From IMG/VR virus record IMGVR_UViG_3300029996_000255: DNA of 27,595 bases. The stretch is one strand, 5' to 3'. The notes under the pieces were generated by a model, which searched no databases, was not told the DNA's origin, and worked only from the letters and a program-made list of their open reading frames with translations. The DNA is from a virus. Lineage: Duplodnaviria; Heunggongvirae; Uroviricota; Caudoviricetes. Below, in pieces: positions 25,977 through 27,595 of the stretch. Numbering within the stretch: position 1 is the first letter of the stretch; each line of letters opens with the position of its first letter. A program made the position numbers and the translations under genes.

Positions 25977-26612
25977 ACGGCAAATTACCTATATGATAAA
26001 TTTAAAGGAAAATATAGAATACGTGCTCCAATTAATCAAATAACAAATGATTTTAATAGAAAGCTCAATGGCACATTAGAAGATATAGATTGTTACATAG
26101 ATTGCCAGTTTGGTAATAAAGTATTCTATTATGGACACAACATTTTACAAGCATATATTCCTTCTCTTGGAAGAGGACATAACATTCTTAAAAATCTTGA
26201 AGAAACGGACAAATCTTTGATATTTGACATTGAAGAAACGGACTCTGAAATTCTGTTTAAATTCAAATTCATCAACTCTGACAAAATTATCCCATTGTTA
26301 AAACCTAAAACAAGTGGTTCTCAGACAAGCCCTTTTTCGCCTAAAAATCTCCCAAAATCTAATTTTAAAATCCCAGATGATAAATTGACACAGTATAAAC
26401 AAATCGTGTCTAAAATTCCTCCTGAGAAGCTTTTAACCCTAAGTAGAATAACCAATTCATTCTTGCAAACTTTAGTTACAAAAAAGAACACTTGGGAGAA
26501 TATTAAATCAGATATGAGATTAAAATGCCTTAAAGGTAAAGAATATATTTACTGCATTGGTAAGTGGAACGAGTATCTTGTATATCTTAAAAATAACATT
26601 AAAAATATGTAG
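25977..26612 (+). CDS. Hypothetical protein of ~211 aa with probable ACG start (the track calls only 26217-26612)
   Basis: The frame is open from 25971. SD AAAGGAGTGA is followed by 6 nt and then ACG GCA AAT TAC. No in-frame ATG, GTG or TTG occurs for 80 codons. Confidence 0.7.
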   Translation, partial: TANYLYDKFKGKYRIRAPINQITNDFNRKLNGTLEDIDCYIDCQFGNKVFYYGHNILQAYIPSLGRGHNILKNLEETDKSLIFDIEETDSEILFKFKFINSDKIIPLLKPKTSGSQTSPFSPKNLPKSNFKIPDDKLTQYKQIVSKIPPEKLLTLSRITNSFLQTLVTKKNTWENIKSDMRLKCLKGKEYIYCIGKWNEYLVYLKNNIKNM

Positions 26613-26630
26613 ACAATTAAGGAGTAAATT

Positions 26631-27407
26631 ATGTACGAAGTAAGAAAACATGTAACTGATAAGAAACTTAAAGACTATGGCTTTAGATTCAAGTCGGACG
26701 GAGATTATACATATAGAACTGTTATATATCAGGACGGGAAAAGACCTGTAATATTCCTGACATTCTATATTAATCTCGAAGAGAGAACATTTAACAGCAG
26801 AGTATCTGATACCACAGGCACATATTATCCTTATTATGATGATAGTCGTCAAGGTGATACTTTGTATAAGATACTTAAGAATTGTGTTGAAAAGGAAACA
26901 AGAAAATTAGTAAAGGCAGGTATTATAAAGATGATAAGTATAGAAAACATAAAAGGTACAGTAGTTAATAGCACAACAATTAAGCTTAAGAAACTTAGAG
27001 ATAATGTACAGATTCCAACAAGAGGAAGTGAATATGCGGCAGGATATGATTTATATGCAGCTATTACATCACCTATAATAATAACACCTCACACTACAGT
27101 TAAAATTGGCACAGGTGTAGCAGTTGAAATTCCTAATGGTTATTTTGGTGCAGTTTTTGCAAGAAGTGGATTAGCAACTAAGGAGGGATTAAGACCTGCT
27201 AATGCGGTTGGCGTGTGCGATTCAGATTACAGAGGAGAATATATAGTTGCATTACATAATGACTCAGATACCCCTAGAACTGTTACTCCAGGAGAAAGAA
27301 TAGCTCAGTTGGTTATAATGCCTTATCTTCAAGTTGATTTTGAAGAAGTTAATGAGTTGTCTGATACTGTAAGAGGTGAAGGTGGCTTTGGCTCAACAGG
27401 AGTTTAA
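26631..27407 (+). CDS. dut: Trimeric dUTPase with ~100-aa N-terminal extra domain
   Basis: Motifs I-V: AGYDL, RSGL, GVCDSDYRG, RIAQL and RGEGGFGSTG. Confidence 0.93.
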   Translation: MYEVRKHVTDKKLKDYGFRFKSDGDYTYRTVIYQDGKRPVIFLTFYINLEERTFNSRVSDTTGTYYPYYDDSRQGDTLYKILKNCVEKETRKLVKAGIIKMISIENIKGTVVNSTTIKLKKLRDNVQIPTRGSEYAAGYDLYAAITSPIIITPHTTVKIGTGVAVEIPNGYFGAVFARSGLATKEGLRPANAVGVCDSDYRGEYIVALHNDSDTPRTVTPGERIAQLVIMPYLQVDFEEVNELSDTVRGEGGFGSTGV

Positions 27408-27412
27408 AATAT

Positions 27413-27595
27413 ATGGAAGATAAAATTTTATTATCAATAAAAGAGGCTTCGAATTTATTTGGAATTGGGCAACATAGATTAAGAGATATAATTGAAGAAG
27501 ATTATGAATGTAAATATCATTTAATGCTTGGGCGTACAATTAAAATTAAACGAAAACAATTTGAAGATTTTTTAAATAAAGCTGAACAAATATAA
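27413..27595 (+). CDS. xis: Excisionase, Tn916 Xis-like winged helix
   Basis: LLSIKEASNLFGIGQHRLR...GRTIKIKRKQFEDFL pattern. Confidence 0.8.
   Translation: MEDKILLSIKEASNLFGIGQHRLRDIIEEDYECKYHLMLGRTIKIKRKQFEDFLNKAEQI

Larger units (their letters stand above)
1..27595 (+). mobile_element. Segment of a large temperate (SPbeta-like) phage or prophage: replication, accessory and nucleotide-metabolism modules ending in an excisionase
   Basis: Tightly packed, co-oriented genes. The order ATPase - Cys-rich protein - helicase - primase - DHH nuclease - DnaE resembles the SPbeta yorG-yorL order. Many small hypotheticals and a terminal Xis-like gene. Confidence 0.88.

Noticed and set aside
26197..26243. 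14-bp direct repeat TTGAAGAAACGGAC
   Set aside because: An in-frame coding duplication (EETD twice) with no other support for a DNA-level role.
1336..26852. Minus-strand and alternate-frame ORFs in the track (e.g. 1336-1644, 2635-2856, 12565-12834, 14862-15245, 15391-15705, 24308-24700, 26520-26852)
   Set aside because: They overlap well-supported + strand genes and show no recognisable motifs, so they are most likely shadow ORFs.

Overview
This is an AT-rich window with all credible genes on the + strand. It comes from a large temperate phage or prophage of an anaerobic Firmicute; a Clostridia/Lachnospiraceae-type host is inferred from the class III RNR and the Tn916-type Xis. There are three blocks. 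(1) 555-13540 is an SPbeta-like replisome: SSB-like protein, AAA ATPase, Cys-rich protein, DnaB-like helicase, primase, RecJ-like DHH nuclease, DnaE polymerase and RecD2-like helicase. (2) About 13540-18050 is an accessory stretch of small genes (ClpP-like, P-loop NTPase, Bax inhibitor-1, ThyX-like, hypotheticals). It is divided into 1-2-gene units by a recurring intergenic quasi-palindrome GAAA-N6-TTTC(A/T)T. It also holds a ~190-nt tRNA-scaffold RNA with a degenerate tRNA-Asn(GUU) nested in its anticodon loop. (3) 18046-27595 carries LigA, a secreted 3D-like protein, a His-less HPr, Gmk, NrdDG, hypotheticals, an N-terminally extended dUTPase and an excisionase. The most interesting signals are the cassette-like repeat array, the nested tRNA-like RNA, two genes apparently starting at ACG in near-identical contexts, and a candidate phage promoter motif RGWGAATA-N5-ATG. 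All calls come from reading motifs by eye; no database searches were run.
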